From Pseudomonadota bacterium (GTDB lineage Bacteria > Pseudomonadota > Alphaproteobacteria > MPNO01 > UBA830): a DNA stretch of 64,000 nucleotides. Position numbers and translations under genes: made by a program. The notes beneath the pieces were generated by a model that was not told the origin of the DNA, did no database searches, and worked only from the letters and a program-made list of their open reading frames with translations. The stretch covers positions 5,289-69,288 of the forward strand of contig JAYZFO010000006.1 in the NCBI GenBank assembly GCA_036336685.1, given 5' to 3'. Positions 22,729 through 33,453 of this stretch are shown piece after piece; position 1 is the first letter of the stretch, and each line of letters opens with the position of its first letter.

Positions 22729-24055
22729 TTAATTGTATTGGGTGCAGGGCTCGATCCGGAATGATTTGCGTTTCTTTCTCTTTGGCGTTTAGAGCACCCA
22801 TTCCTTGTAAAATATGAAGACCAGCCAGGGGACATTCGGACACGATATACTTTGGCGAAGTTTCCAATGCTTTTCTCGCCACCGGGCGGCCAATTTTCAT
22901 TGAAGTGTCAAAATTATCCTTCATCATGCCCCAAGAACCGCCATGCCCAGAGCAACGTTCTATCACACTTACCTCTGCACCAGGAATTAATCTCAACAAT
23001 TCAGCCGCCTTCTGGCCCATGTTTTGCGCTCGCGAATGGCAAGAAATATGGACTACAATATTTCCGTCTAGTGGTCTCATCCCTTTGGCCATTCCGTCTT
23101 TTTTAGAAATATCAACTATATATTCGCTTACGTCACGAGTCGCCTTTGACAATAGTTTTATATCCTCATCTCCAGGTAGAATTAATGGCCACTCAAACTT
23201 CAACATCAAAGAACAACTCGGTGTGAGAGTGACGACATCATAACCCTTTTGTATCCAGGGCTTAAAAGCGGTGGCAACCCGACGAGCCTGTTTAGCTACC
23301 CCCTGTATGTCTCCGTGCTCAAGCATTGGCATGCCGCAACAAGCGGGGTGAAGAACCTCGGTATGAACCCCGTTTTGATGTAGTACTGCGAGCGCATCCT
23401 CACCTATAGCTGGGTCATTATAATTTACAAAACAGGTTGCATAGACAACAACTTTTCGATCATTGCGCAGTGCCTCCTGGCCTTCGTCCTCGATAGGGCT
23501 TTTTTTCCTTGAGGACAAATGCCTACGATGAAACTGGGGCAGTTGCGCGTTTTTGTCGATACCTGTTACCGATTCTATGAGTGGTCGGGTTACCCTATTG
23601 TCAATTTTGGTTGCCCAGTTCGATATTGGTGCCACAGCGCCGGCTATTTTTCCGTTGCGGTCTGTTTTCGCTATCTGTTTCTTAGTAACATTTACTCGGC
23701 CTTTTTTATAGTCGACAGCTCGGTAGCGGAGCAAAAGGTGAGGAAGGTCTAGATTAAATTCGTGGGGAGGCACGTAGGGACACTTTGTTAGAAAACACAT
23801 GTCACACAGCGTGCACGCATCAACCACGGACTTGAAATCCTCTGATTTTACGGTATCGAGTTCCATGCTCTCTGATTCGTCAATTAAGTCGAATAACCTG
23901 GGAAAAGAATCACACAAGTTGTGGCAACGCCGACAACCATGGCATATATCAAATTGACGGCGAAGTTCTTTGTCTAGGTTCTCCTCGTCGTAAAACTCTG
24001 GGTTTTCCCACAGTATAGGGCGCCTCTCCGGTGCCCCTAGGCTACCTTCTGACAT
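22697..24055 (-). CDS. HdrD/GlpC/GlcF-like iron-sulfur protein (two ferredoxin-type clusters + two CCG Cys-rich domains)
   Basis: CHGCRRCHNLC and CTLCDMCFLTKCP cluster motifs; downstream CCGMP, ISCHS, CSGHGG, CP CCG-domain cysteines. Confidence 0.8.
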   Translation of the reverse strand: MSEGSLGAPERRPILWENPEFYDEENLDKELRRQFDICHGCRRCHNLCDSFPRLFDLIDESESMELDTVKSEDFKSVVDACTLCDMCFLTKCPYVPPHEFNLDLPHLLLRYRAVDYKKGRVNVTKKQIAKTDRNGKIAGAVAPISNWATKIDNRVTRPLIESVTGIDKNAQLPQFHRRHLSSRKKSPIEDEGQEALRNDRKVVVYATCFVNYNDPAIGEDALAVLHQNGVHTEVLHPACCGMPMLEHGDIQGVAKQARRVATAFKPWIQKGYDVVTLTPSCSLMLKFEWPLILPGDEDIKLLSKATRDVSEYIVDISKKDGMAKGMRPLDGNIVVHISCHSRAQNMGQKAAELLRLIPGAEVSVIERCSGHGGSWGMMKDNFDTSMKIGRPVARKALETSPKYIVSECPLAGLHILQGMGALNAKEKETQIIPDRALHPIQLIANSYRRGKQ

Positions 24056-24084
24056 AAAAGGTCCTCAGTAGATTTAGCAGTGCA

Positions 24085-24135
24085 GACTAGAAATCGGCGA
24101 GCGAAAAATCGCCCGCCGTCGATTGTCTTTTTTAT
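24085..24135 (-). terminator. Hairpin (cggcgagcg-aaaaat-cgcccgccg) between rubrerythrin and the Fe-S gene. The T-run is stronger on the + strand side.
   Basis: 8/9-bp stem read directly. + strand has a ttgtcttttttatttagttttt tail; minus strand has a weak auuucu tail. Confidence 0.3.
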
Positions 24136-24174
24136 TTAGTTTTTACGCGTGAAGCTTTTTAGAAAGATAATGTA

Positions 24175-24594
24175 TCAGTCGAGCTCATCGAGAGCCTTCT
24201 GAAACCGACCGGCATGCGAACGCTCGGCTTTTGCCAAAGTCTCAAACCACCCAGCAATTTCATCAAACCCTTCATCACGAGCTTCCCGCGCCATTCCCGG
24301 GTACATATCCGTATACTCATGCGTTTCTCCGGCGACCGCCGCCTTCAAGTTATTGGATGTTGTACCTATTGGTTCGCCAGTCGCAGGATCTCCAGTCTCT
24401 TCAAGATATTCAAGATGACCGTGTGCGTGGCCGGTCTCACCTTCTGCCGTTGATCGAAACACGGCCGCAACATCGTTATATCCCTCTACATCTGCCTTTT
24501 GAGCAAAATAGAGATACCGGCGATTAGCTTGAGATTCTCCAGCAAACGCGTCCTTTAAATTTTGTTCTGTTTTGGTTCCACCAAGTGACGGCAT
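24175..24594 (-). CDS. Rubrerythrin-family diiron protein (no rubredoxin domain)
   Basis: Two ExxH ferritin-like motifs (E..GE..H..HLEY and E..THEY...ERSHA). Probable start is MPSLGG. Confidence 0.85.
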   Translation of the reverse strand: MPSLGGTKTEQNLKDAFAGESQANRRYLYFAQKADVEGYNDVAAVFRSTAEGETGHAHGHLEYLEETGDPATGEPIGTTSNNLKAAVAGETHEYTDMYPGMAREARDEGFDEIAGWFETLAKAERSHAGRFQKALDELD

Positions 24595-24757
24595 GTCACC
24601 CTCCTTGTAGTTGTTTACACATACTAACGCTCCACAGTATTTGAAGCATGAATTTATTACCCGAGTTTTCTCTATCCCACTCAAGAAACACGGAAGAGAA
24701 ATATATTCGGGTATGAAGCTAGGGTCAACAATTTAGAACTATTCAAAAGAAGAGTTG

Positions 24758-25192
24758 TTAACCAGCTTTATCAATAATTCGAACGGTGACATCGACGCTA
24801 TCAAGCGCCGTACCCGCAGGCAATTCAGGTGATTTTGACAAACAAATCCTGTCAACAGGTATATCAGTCAAAACCCCAGTTTCTAAATGGTAGAAATGAT
24901 GGTGTGCATTAGTGTTAGTATCAAAATAAGACCGCCCCGCCTCTACCACTACTTCGCGCATTAACCCGGCTTGGGTAAACTGATGCAGGGCGTTATACAC
25001 TGTCGCAAGAGATATGCTGACACCCGCTGCTCGGGCCTGAATGTGCAACTCTTCCGCGGTCACATGTCGATCGTGAGAATCGAATAGAAGTTTCGCCAAC
25101 GCAATACGCTGGCGAGTAGGACGCAAGCCGGCCTTCTTTATCACAGATATTGCCCCAACATTCGATGGCGGTGTGAGCTTATTAACTTTCAT
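24758..25192 (-). CDS. irr: Fur-family regulator, Irr-like (iron response regulator)
   Basis: Fur fold with winged HTH; HHH motif (NAHHHFYH); no C-terminal CxxC pairs. These are features of rhizobial Irr rather than Fur or PerR. Confidence 0.55.
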   Translation of the reverse strand: MKVNKLTPPSNVGAISVIKKAGLRPTRQRIALAKLLFDSHDRHVTAEELHIQARAAGVSISLATVYNALHQFTQAGLMREVVVEAGRSYFDTNTNAHHHFYHLETGVLTDIPVDRICLSKSPELPAGTALDSVDVTVRIIDKAG

Positions 25193-25298
25193 GCCGAAGG
25201 TATAAGACCGAATCTTATTATTTAAAAGTCAAAATTTTTACCGCTTAGGAATGCAGAATCTGTAAAACCTTGACAACTAAATAGTTGATTTAAACGTT

Positions 25299-26696
25299 TC
25301 AGTTTCCCGTCTTTAGCTGATCAACTAACTCGCTAACCGTTGGGATAAAGCCATCCGAATAGAACGGGTCATCTCGAAACCGATAGGCATTATGGCCAGC
25401 AAACATCAACTGCTCGTCGACTTGTTCCCCGTGTGCGATATTTTGTAATGTTTTCTGAATGCAATATGAACGTGGATCCGGCCGACGTCCTGTGGTACCG
25501 TTTTCGTTCTGTGCCCAATTCGAAAACAGGCATTGGGAAAGACACCCCATACATTCCGATTGATCCTTTTGAATTTCTTTTGCTTTTCTGGGTGTGACAA
25601 AAATCAACGTTGAATCTGGAGTGCGAAGACCATAGGAAAAGTTTTGAGAACCCCAATATTCTGCCCGTTTTCTATCAGCATTTGTAACATAAATTTTCCG
25701 GCCACGGGGACCTATTTTAAACTCTTCAACCAGGTTACCATTCGGACCATCAGCAAAAGGAATTTGACGCTCCGATCGCTCCTTAAGTTCATTTAGAAAA
25801 TTATTCCAAACAGCTGAAGAGTAAAAACCCGTTGGACTATGTTTATTTAGAAAAACATCTCCCTCCTTTAAGTCCAATAAACGCAATTTCCATTCTGTAG
25901 AGATGGGGCTCTCTTTTGTTAATAACGGCCGTGTTCCAAATTGGAACGCTACAGGCGCTATATCCGTATCATCTATCCAATCTTCCCAATCGCGAAGATA
26001 CCACACACCTCCCGCCATGATTATCGGGATATCCTTTAGACCAAAATCATTCATTACTTGCCGAAGACCCATGACTCTTAGACGGGGGTCTTCGGGCGTC
26101 TTAGGATCCTCACTATTTGAAAGACCATTATGGCCCCCAGCACGCCACGGGTCCTCGTACACAACACCTCCAAGCCATTCCGGGAATTTATGATATGCTC
26201 TTTTCCAAAGTGCACGAAATGCTCGAGCAGAAGAGACAATTGGATAATAGTAAACCCCGTAGCTGGCTGACAATCCGGCAATTCTATAGGGCATACCTGC
26301 CCCACATGTTACCCCATGTATAAGCCCGCTCGCACCGGTAAGAACGCCATTCAGTACACGTTCAGCACCAGCCATCTCCCAGAGGACATTCATGTGGATG
26401 CGCCCCACGCCCCCCGATAGATCATGAGCAATACGCGCTTGCGCTATACCACCCTTTATTGCATAGGCAAGAAGCTCTTCATGCCGTTCGCGGCGCGTTT
26501 TGCCTCTATAAATGAAGGGAATTAAATTTCCATTCTCATCATAAGAATCGGCATTTACGCCAGAAAAAGTACCTACCCCACCCGTAGCCGCCCACGCGCC
26601 GGAACTTTCGCCATTGGAGACGGCTATACCCTTGCCCCCCTCGACAAGTGGAACAACCTCCTTGCCTGATATGACGAGTGGCTTGAGCAACTTCAA
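25299..26696 (-). CDS. Nitronate monooxygenase / FabK-like FMN oxidoreductase family protein with ~100-aa Cys-containing C-terminal extension
   Basis: N-terminal PLVEGGKGIAVSNG...ATGGVGTFSG resembles the NMO/FabK FMN-binding pattern. C-terminal CMGCLSQC. 465 aa is long for the family. Confidence 0.5.
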   Translation of the reverse strand: MKLLKPLVISGKEVVPLVEGGKGIAVSNGESSGAWAATGGVGTFSGVNADSYDENGNLIPFIYRGKTRRERHEELLAYAIKGGIAQARIAHDLSGGVGRIHMNVLWEMAGAERVLNGVLTGASGLIHGVTCGAGMPYRIAGLSASYGVYYYPIVSSARAFRALWKRAYHKFPEWLGGVVYEDPWRAGGHNGLSNSEDPKTPEDPRLRVMGLRQVMNDFGLKDIPIIMAGGVWYLRDWEDWIDDTDIAPVAFQFGTRPLLTKESPISTEWKLRLLDLKEGDVFLNKHSPTGFYSSAVWNNFLNELKERSERQIPFADGPNGNLVEEFKIGPRGRKIYVTNADRKRAEYWGSQNFSYGLRTPDSTLIFVTPRKAKEIQKDQSECMGCLSQCLFSNWAQNENGTTGRRPDPRSYCIQKTLQNIAHGEQVDEQLMFAGHNAYRFRDDPFYSDGFIPTVSELVDQLKTGN

Positions 26697-26826
26697 CCTT
26701 ATTCTCCCAGATTTGGCTTTCGTATGACTCTAATATATTAAGAAAGTCCAGAACGGCCAGTCTCTGAAAAACACGTCAACCGATTAACGGCAGAAATTTA
26801 ATGCCTAATGAATGCGCAAAAGGTCT

Positions 26827-28959
26827 TTATTTTTCCTCTGACACTTCCGACAGATCTTCGCCTGTCGCTTGATCTACAACTTTCATAGACAAGCGCACTT
26901 TGCCGCGGTCATCTACAGCGAGGACCTTTACCTTTACTTCCTCACCTTCATTAACAACGTCTGTAACTTTTGCTACCCGTCGATTTTCAAGTTCCGAAAT
27001 GTGTACGAGTCCGTCTCGTGAACCCATAAAATTCACAAACGCACCAAAATCTACTACTTTGACGACCTTACCAGAATAGACAGTTCCGACTTCCGGTTCA
27101 GCAACTATGCCTTTAATCCAATTTATAGCAGCATCGCTAGCAGCATTGTCGACCGATGACACCTTTATGGTGCCATCGTCTTCAATATCTACTTTTGCTC
27201 CGGTTTCTTCGCAAATCTCCCTTATAATTTTACCACCGGTCCCAATTACTTCTCGAATCTTATCTTTTGGAATCGTGAACGAAGTAATCCTCGGAGCAAA
27301 ATCACTAACCTCGTCACGTCCGTTTTCTAACGCCTTCGCCATTTCACCTAATATATGAAGGCGACCTCTCCTGGCCTGGCCAAGTGCTACCTGCATAATC
27401 TCTTCCGTGATACCCGTAATTTTGATATCCATTTGCAGGGCGGTTATACCCTCCTCGGTACCCGCGACCTTAAAATCCATATCACCTAAATGATCTTCAT
27501 CTCCAAGTATATCAGAGAGTACCGCAAAATTATTTTTCTCCTTGATCAAGCCCATGGCAATCCCAGCACAGGGCCGTCTCAACGGTACACCCGCATCCAT
27601 AAGCGATAAAGAAGAACCACAAACGGTCGCCATCGACGATGATCCATTCGATTCAGTTATCTCAGACACAACCCGCATCGTATACGGAAAGTCATCCTTT
27701 TTTGGTAATAGTGCTCGGATCGCGCGCCAAGCCAACTTGCCGTGGCCTATTTCTCTCCTACCTGGAGACCGCAAAAAACTGGCCTCACCAACCGAATACG
27801 GTGGAAAATTGTAATGGAGAAGAAAGTGTTCACGGTATTCGCCTTCTAGCGCATCAATTATTTGCTCATCTTGTCCAGTACCAAGCGTAGCTGTAACAAT
27901 ACCCTGCGTTTCACCACGCGTAAAAAGGGCGGAGCCATGGGCTCTTGGCAAGATGCCAACCTCAGCCTCAATAGGCCTAACAGTTTCCAGGTCACGTCCA
28001 TCTATACGGCGCTTTGTATCAAGTATTGCCTGGCGCACAATGGCCTTTTCGACAGATTTCAACATACCTTTTGCGCGCTCAATAACCGCTTCATCTTCCT
28101 GGTCCAATGAGTCTATTGCCTTATCTTTTGCCGCATTAATCTTCTCTACGCGGCTCTGCTTAACCGTTTCGGTGTAAGCCTCTCGCAGTCCAGCCTCAGA
28201 CGCGATTTGAACACGGCTAAATAGTTCCCCATCGTTTTCCTCTGGCTCAGGAATAGCCCAAGGTTCTTTTGCACATTCTTCGGCCAAACTCACGATTATA
28301 TCAATAACGGGTTGAAATTCTTTATGCGCGAACATTACCGCACCAAGCATAATATCTTCGGACAACTCATTTGCCTCTGATTCAACCATGTTTACAGCGC
28401 TAGCTGTACCTGCAACGACCATGTCGAGCGCCGAATCGTTCATTTGTTCTTGAAGAGGGTTAAGTAAATAGCTTCCATCTTTGTATGCAACACGAGCTGC
28501 ACCAATAGGGCCCATAAAAGGAATACCCGAAATGGTAAGGGCGGCAGACGCGCCAACAAGGGACACTACATCCGGATCATTCTCCAAATCGTGAGCTAAA
28601 ACTGTACAGATCACCTGTGTTTCATTACGAAAGCCGTCAGCAAATAATGGTCTTAAGGGACGATCAATAAGCCGTGATGTAAGTGTTTCTTTCTCAGACG
28701 GCCGGCCTTCCCGCTTAAAAAACCCTCCAGGTATTTTTCCTGCCGCAAAGGTTTTTTCTTGGTAATTTATTGTAAGCGGAAAGAAGTCGACTCCGGGTTT
28801 AGGCGCTTTCTGGGCAACCGCTGTGCATAGTACTTTGGTATCTCCATAAGTCACTAAAACCGCTCCATCAGCCTGGCGTGCTATCTTTCCGGTTTCAAGT
28901 GAAAGAAGCCTTCCGGCCCACTCGATTTCTTTGCGATAAGTTTTAAACATACTTTCCAT
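26827..28959 (-). CDS. pnp: Polynucleotide phosphorylase
   Basis: Two RNase PH domains plus KH and S1; 710 aa; synteny after rpsO. Confidence 0.95.
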   Translation of the reverse strand: MESMFKTYRKEIEWAGRLLSLETGKIARQADGAVLVTYGDTKVLCTAVAQKAPKPGVDFFPLTINYQEKTFAAGKIPGGFFKREGRPSEKETLTSRLIDRPLRPLFADGFRNETQVICTVLAHDLENDPDVVSLVGASAALTISGIPFMGPIGAARVAYKDGSYLLNPLQEQMNDSALDMVVAGTASAVNMVESEANELSEDIMLGAVMFAHKEFQPVIDIIVSLAEECAKEPWAIPEPEENDGELFSRVQIASEAGLREAYTETVKQSRVEKINAAKDKAIDSLDQEDEAVIERAKGMLKSVEKAIVRQAILDTKRRIDGRDLETVRPIEAEVGILPRAHGSALFTRGETQGIVTATLGTGQDEQIIDALEGEYREHFLLHYNFPPYSVGEASFLRSPGRREIGHGKLAWRAIRALLPKKDDFPYTMRVVSEITESNGSSSMATVCGSSLSLMDAGVPLRRPCAGIAMGLIKEKNNFAVLSDILGDEDHLGDMDFKVAGTEEGITALQMDIKITGITEEIMQVALGQARRGRLHILGEMAKALENGRDEVSDFAPRITSFTIPKDKIREVIGTGGKIIREICEETGAKVDIEDDGTIKVSSVDNAASDAAINWIKGIVAEPEVGTVYSGKVVKVVDFGAFVNFMGSRDGLVHISELENRRVAKVTDVVNEGEEVKVKVLAVDDRGKVRLSMKVVDQATGEDLSEVSEEK

Positions 28960-29165
28960 TCCTTCCTAAAACCTGTCGCCATATGCGACAAAGGCAAATG
29001 TGCACTTGCGGGTTGCGCAGGCACCACTGTTTATTTTCCCAGCCCTAACCAACATTCGAGGGACCGTCATGAATACATACGATGTTGCGATTTGGGAAAC
29101 TCATACATAATTCACTGCTTAATTTCGTAGCAGAGAATTTCTTTAACACGCCATCCTTAACAAAC

Positions 29166-29435
29166 TTAGCGTCTCAGCCCTATTCGTCCAATTAATTTTT
29201 CGTACCGCGATTGATCCTTGCGCTTGACATAATCTAACAAACGCCGTCTCTGGCCGACCATCATCAACAAGCCGCGACGCGAATGAAAATCCTTTTTATG
29301 CTCTTTCAAATGTTCAGTAAGATTAATTATTCGCTCAGACAGGATTGCAACCTGTACCTCCGGCGAGCCTGTATCATGCTCACCAGTTGAATATTCTGTT
29401 ATAAGTTCCGTTTTACGCTCTTGGGTAATCGACAT
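29166..29435 (-). CDS. rpsO: 30S ribosomal protein S15
   Basis: [12 protein letters not shown]...; 89 aa. Confidence 0.95.
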   Translation of the reverse strand: MSITQERKTELITEYSTGEHDTGSPEVQVAILSERIINLTEHLKEHKKDFHSRRGLLMMVGQRRRLLDYVKRKDQSRYEKLIGRIGLRR

Positions 29436-29468
29436 CATCTACTCCGTTTCCGCGTCTCCAAAAACGCT

Positions 29469-30407
29469 TTAGAGGTTAAGTACTCGTATTGGCCGGATCT
29501 CTCCATCTTGAAAACGCACTAGAGCTACGAGCTTTTCACCCGACATGGCACATAACACGTCTCCATCGCCCATCGCTTTTGATGTGCTCGGCTCGACAAA
29601 TTTTATTTTGTCTTTTAGCAATTGAACCGAGCGCCCATGGCGCAAAAGAACCGCTTGAGTTTCCGTCAAAGCCAGAGCCGGGATGTCGTCCAGCGCAGCC
29701 GAAACGGACAGTAAGTATTCTTGCGGTGGGGCACATACCACAGAAATAGCCAACTTATCCAGAGAAATCGCACTTTTTTCAATGAAAGGTCCACAACTAG
29801 TACGCCGCAGTTCCGATACATACGCTACTGTGCCTAATTTCACACCCAGGTCACGGACTAGACTGCGTATATACGTTCCCTTCCCGCACGTTACTTCGAA
29901 TATGGCAGTATCTTTATCGGGGCGAGACAGTAGCGAAAAGCTTTTTACATTCACCTTCCTAGCTGCGGGTAACCGCCCAGTGCCATTTCTCGCTCTCTTG
30001 TATGAGCGCTCCCCGTCAACCCACAAAGCAGAATAAATTGGTGGCACCTGCCAAATGTCTCCCAAAAAATTATTTAGTTGTGATTTTATAAGCCGGTTTT
30101 CTGGTCGAGTATCACTCGTCTGGATTACCGCTCCCTCGCTGTCATCTGTATCGCGGGCCTCACCAAACTTGGCCGTAAAGCGGTAATTTTTTTCCCTTTT
30201 GACTAAATAAGGTACTGTTTTCGTTGCCTCTCCCAGGGCGATAGGAAGAATGCCTGTCGCCATCGGATCCAGCGTACCGGCGTGTCCGGCCTTTTGCGCC
30301 TTCAAAATTTTACGCACATTAAAAACTGACTTGGCGGAGGTTAACCCTGCACTCTTGTCAAGGACTAACCAGCCATTAACGGGTTTTCCCCTTTTTTTTC
30401 TAACCAT
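29469..30407 (-). CDS. truB: tRNA pseudouridine(55) synthase
   Basis: GHAGTLDPMATGILPI catalytic Asp motif; 312 aa. Confidence 0.9.
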   Translation of the reverse strand: MVRKKRGKPVNGWLVLDKSAGLTSAKSVFNVRKILKAQKAGHAGTLDPMATGILPIALGEATKTVPYLVKREKNYRFTAKFGEARDTDDSEGAVIQTSDTRPENRLIKSQLNNFLGDIWQVPPIYSALWVDGERSYKRARNGTGRLPAARKVNVKSFSLLSRPDKDTAIFEVTCGKGTYIRSLVRDLGVKLGTVAYVSELRRTSCGPFIEKSAISLDKLAISVVCAPPQEYLLSVSAALDDIPALALTETQAVLLRHGRSVQLLKDKIKFVEPSTSKAMGDGDVLCAMSGEKLVALVRFQDGEIRPIRVLNL

Positions 30408-30816
30408 CGTCTATAGAGCAAAAATTACCCTCCGAATCAATGTCAGCAGCAACCCTTGGTGACTTTAAAAGTTCGTCAATATGATTCGCGTTATCAAAAC
30501 TTTTGTCGAGTTCGAAGGATAGTGCTGGCAATCTACGTAAACTTACACTCTTGGAAAGACGCCGACGAAAAAATGGCGCAGCTCGCTTTAAACTCGCCAA
30601 GACTCGGTCGGTTTCGCCGCCTCCCAGCGGCATCACGAACACAGTAGCATTTTTTATATCCGGACTAATTCTCACCTCGGTAATCGTTACCGAAACTCGG
30701 TCAAGCCCGGGATCTCTGAGCTCTTGCCGTTCAAACGATTTCGATAACGCATGTCGGATAAGTTCCCCAATACGTAATTGGCGCTGGCTGCGCGCCTCTG
30801 TGCGATCATGCTCCAT
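30400..30816 (-). CDS. rbfA: Ribosome-binding factor A
   Basis: RQLRIGELIRHALS... KH-like fold, position between infB and truB. Confidence 0.85.
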   Translation of the reverse strand: MEHDRTEARSQRQLRIGELIRHALSKSFERQELRDPGLDRVSVTITEVRISPDIKNATVFVMPLGGGETDRVLASLKRAAPFFRRRLSKSVSLRRLPALSFELDKSFDNANHIDELLKSPRVAADIDSEGNFCSIDDG

Positions 30817-30879
30817 GGAAGCCTGCCATACCGTTCGCAATGTTCTTCTGTGTTATAAGCCAGATTATATAATTGCCCC

Positions 30880-33447
30880 TTACGTTAGAGAGCGCACTAT
30901 TTCCTCAATATCAAAACACTCAATTACATCCTCCGCTCTAAGGTCTTGGTAATTTTCAAACGCCATGCCGCACTCAAAACCCTGCGTCACTTCACGAACC
31001 TCGTCTTTGAAACGTTTTAATGTAGATAAGGTTCCCTCGTGAATTACAACATCATCGCGCAACAAGCGAACCTTCGTGCCGCGCCGAACAACACCCTCCG
31101 TAACCTCACAACCTGCAACTTTTCCTACGCTTGTAATATTGAATACTTCTTTAATTGAAGCATTACCAAGAAAGGTCTCACGAATCTTGGGAGCAAGCAT
31201 ACCTGATAACATGGCTTTTAAATCATCAACCAATTGGTATATGACAGAGTAATAACGAATATCAAGCTTATCCTTTTCAGAAACCTGACGCGCTTGGCTG
31301 TTAGCGCGGACGTTAAATCCAACCAACAACGCATTTGACGCTGTAGCAAGTGTTACATCGGATTCATTAATTCCGCCGACGCCCGCATGGATGACACGTA
31401 CGGCCACTTCTTCAGTGCTCAAGTTTTGAGCACTTTGAATGATTGCTTCGACGGACCCTTGAACGTCCGCCTTCACAACGATTGGCACTTCTTGGACTTC
31501 TCCAGATTGAATTTGACTAAACATCTCGTCAAGGGTTCCACGGGCCCCAGCTTGTACTTTGGCTTCCCGGTCACGACGGGCTCTAAAATCCGTGATTTCT
31601 CGTGCACGGGCCTCGCTCTCGACCACACTAAATTCATCCCCCGCACCTGGTGTCCCATTGAGCCCCCACACTTCTATGGGTGTGGAAGGAGTCGCCTCCT
31701 GTAATCGCCCCCCGTTATCTCCTATGAGAGCACGTACCTTGCCCCATTGGGCCCCCGCAACAACAATGTCTCCAACATGCAGTGTTCCACGTTGAACAAG
31801 CAAACTCGCAACGGATCCACGCCCAATTTCGACTTTAGCCTCTATTATTACACCTTCAGCGGAACGGTCGGGATTGGCGCTAATTTCGAGAATTTCAGAT
31901 TGCAAAACAATTGCCTCTAACAAAGAATCCAAGTTGGTTTTTTCTATAGCGGATACTTCAACAGACAAAACTTCCCCTCCAAGGGATTCAACGACCAGTT
32001 CCTGACTCAACAATTCATTACGCACGCGATCCGGGTTAGCTTCAGGTCGATCCATTTTATTTATTGCCACAATAATGGGGACCTCCGCTGCCTTTGCGTG
32101 GTCTATCGCTTCGATTGTTTGGGGCATCACACCGTCATCAGCTGCAACTACTAGGACTACAATATCAGTCGCATTAGCGCCTCTTGACCTCATTGCACTA
32201 AACGCTTCGTGGCCTGGGGTATCAAGAAAAGTGATTCGATCTCCACTCTCAACTTCTACCTGATATGCGCCAATGTGTTGTGTTATTCCACCCGCTTCTG
32301 TCGCGGCAACTTCAGTGGCGCGCAATGCATCAAGAAGTGACGTCTTTCCATGATCCACATGGCCCATTACTGTCACGACCGGAGGCCGTGGTCGGAGCAT
32401 TTCATCAGTATCTTCAATACCTTTAAGACCAATCTCAACATCCGCTTCAGAGACACGATTTACCTTATGCCCAAAATCTTCTACGATCAGCTCTGCGGTG
32501 TCGGCATCAATGGTTTGTGTTATAGTTGCCATGATTCCGTTTTTCATCAGTGCCTTAATCACATCTCCCGCTCGCTCCGCCATTCGGTTGGAAAGTTCTT
32601 GGACTGATATTGTATCTGGTACTATTACTTCTCGAAAAATTTTGATGGACTCTTTTGGTTGGGCTGCCGCTCGCTTTTCTCTCTCACGCTGTCTCCTGAC
32701 AGAGGCTAGGCTGCGAACACGCTCCTCGTCATTGAGCGCCTGTGAAATTGTCAACTTTCCAGACCTTCGTCGGGTTTCCCCTCGTCGGGCCCCTTGTTTC
32801 CTTACTTCTGGTCGGCCGGAACGCTTGGGATGGTCCTCATCCGCCTCGTCAGCGCGTTGTTCGTCTGCCCTTAATTTTGCCTTCGATTTGGTAGTTCCCT
32901 CGGCCGCTTGCTCTGCCGTCTCTAATCTCGCGGCTTGTTCCGCAGCTCTTCGAGCCGCTTCCTCTTCGAGCTTACGACGTTTTTCATCCTCTTTTCGGCG
33001 TTCTTGTTCTTCTTTTCGCCGTTCTTCTTCAAGTTCACGCTGCCTGGTATCTTCATCTCGACGTCGTGACTCCATCGCTTCCCGCTCGGCGCGCCCATCT
33101 TCAATTTCTGATTGAGTTTGACGAGCGCCTTCAAGAGCCCGCATGCGAGCCGCGCGCTCTTGATCAGTCAGCGTCTGAACTGACGGAGCCTCTGGCTCAA
33201 CTGGCTTTGGCGCCGAAGGTGCGGGCTCCGGTATTAGAGCCTCCCGCACTTCCGTCATTCCGCCGTCATCTGCTTGCTTAAACGTACGCTTTCTTCGAAC
33301 TTCCACGGTAACTGACTTTGTTCGGCCATGACTAAAGCTTTGCCGAACCTGGCCCGCGTCAACCGTTTTATTTAGTTCAAGCTTGCCCGGTCGCGAAAGT
33401 GTAAGTTTTGTCTTTTTACTATCGCTGGTTTCTTTTTTTTCTGTCAT
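30880..33447 (-). CDS. infB: Translation initiation factor IF-2
   Basis: G-domain [25 protein letters not shown]-terminal Glu/Arg/Lys-rich low-complexity region. Confidence 0.95.
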   Translation of the reverse strand: MTEKKETSDSKKTKLTLSRPGKLELNKTVDAGQVRQSFSHGRTKSVTVEVRRKRTFKQADDGGMTEVREALIPEPAPSAPKPVEPEAPSVQTLTDQERAARMRALEGARQTQSEIEDGRAEREAMESRRRDEDTRQRELEEERRKEEQERRKEDEKRRKLEEEAARRAAEQAARLETAEQAAEGTTKSKAKLRADEQRADEADEDHPKRSGRPEVRKQGARRGETRRRSGKLTISQALNDEERVRSLASVRRQREREKRAAAQPKESIKIFREVIVPDTISVQELSNRMAERAGDVIKALMKNGIMATITQTIDADTAELIVEDFGHKVNRVSEADVEIGLKGIEDTDEMLRPRPPVVTVMGHVDHGKTSLLDALRATEVAATEAGGITQHIGAYQVEVESGDRITFLDTPGHEAFSAMRSRGANATDIVVLVVAADDGVMPQTIEAIDHAKAAEVPIIVAINKMDRPEANPDRVRNELLSQELVVESLGGEVLSVEVSAIEKTNLDSLLEAIVLQSEILEISANPDRSAEGVIIEAKVEIGRGSVASLLVQRGTLHVGDIVVAGAQWGKVRALIGDNGGRLQEATPSTPIEVWGLNGTPGAGDEFSVVESEARAREITDFRARRDREAKVQAGARGTLDEMFSQIQSGEVQEVPIVVKADVQGSVEAIIQSAQNLSTEEVAVRVIHAGVGGINESDVTLATASNALLVGFNVRANSQARQVSEKDKLDIRYYSVIYQLVDDLKAMLSGMLAPKIRETFLGNASIKEVFNITSVGKVAGCEVTEGVVRRGTKVRLLRDDVVIHEGTLSTLKRFKDEVREVTQGFECGMAFENYQDLRAEDVIECFDIEEIVRSLT

Positions 33448-33453
33448 CTTTGG

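Noticed and set aside
28960-29165. Short palindrome gtcgccatatgcgac just upstream of the pnp RBS as an RNase III / autoregulatory hairpin
   Set aside because: Only a 5-bp stem. It is too weak to call without comparative support, although the rpsO-pnp leader is a classic autoregulation site.
32498-33115. 205-aa Ser/Ala/Arg-rich + strand ORF
   Set aside because: It is antisense to the Glu/Arg/Lys-rich low-complexity N-terminal region of infB. The open frame is an artefact of the GAA/GAG/CGN repeat composition.
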